Positions 63,850 to 64,000 of a stretch of DNA of 64,000 nucleotides are shown piece by piece. The stretch lies in NCBI GenBank assembly GCA_050575255.1, contig JBNZDD010013650.1, positions 2,636,073 to 2,700,072 on the forward strand, written 5' to 3'. The position numbers and the translations under genes were made by a program. The notes beneath the pieces are model-generated. The model was given only the letters and a program-made list of their open reading frames with translations. It made no database searches and was not told the DNA's origin. The first letter of the stretch is position 1. Every line of letters begins with the position of its first letter. Origin of the DNA: Harriotta raleighana. Its lineage: Eukaryota.

Positions 63850-64000
63850 AAAAATGTACAGCACGGAAACAGCCCGACCAGCTTGTGCCATGTTTATACT
63901 CCACACAAGCCCTCCAATTCCTTCTTCCATCCCATACCCTTCGATTTCTGTTCCCTCATGTGAATGCATCCATACTATTTGTTTAACTACCTCTTCAGGT
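63850..64000 (-). mobile_element. CR1 3' end, running off the window
   Basis: Typical CR1 3'UTR (ggcacaagctggtcgggctgtttccgtgctgta on the minus strand). Confidence 0.7.

Noticed and set aside
25403-64000. MOSMO exon 1 (MDKLTIISG...)
   Set aside because: No matching minus-strand sequence or CpG-island promoter was seen; it must lie beyond the window or in a gap.
1-64000. CRISPR array or prokaryotic defence system
   Set aside because: The recurring short repeats are dispersed retroposon tails, not regularly spaced repeat-spacer units, and the DNA is intron-containing vertebrate sequence.

Overview
This is eukaryotic (vertebrate) genomic DNA, most likely a cartilaginous fish, judging from the L2/CR1 LINEs and Deu-domain tRNA-SINEs; the species cannot be fixed from sequence alone. 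Two spliced genes lie in tandem on the minus strand, in the order I recall for human 16p12.2. The first is MOSMO (C16orf52, modulator of Smoothened): coding exons 2 (25190-25402) and 3 (19024-19208) are present, followed by an apparently repeat-free ~4.3 kb 3'UTR. MOSMO exon 1 is not in the window, so intron 1 is >38 kb. The second is the 5' part of VWA3A: a probable non-coding first exon with an RFX X-box-like motif, then 10 phase-compatible GT-AG coding exons (7961 down to 264) running off the left edge. The rest is intron/intergenic DNA packed with CR1 and L2 fragments, two generations of Deu-type SINEs, many ~50-bp L2-tail-only insertions, Tigger/pogo-like MITEs, a probable solo LTR and several assembly artefacts. 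Most ORFs in the supplied track are spurious or TE-derived. No CRISPR, rRNA or true tRNA gene was found, and I cannot demonstrate a wholly new system. The best leads are an unclassified retroposon with a short coding stretch, a duplicated Deu domain and an L2 tail; a SINE-head/L2-tail chimera resembling a nascent SINE; and seed matches for all four miR-17~92 families in the MOSMO 3'UTR. Family assignments are from recall of known sequences, not database searches.
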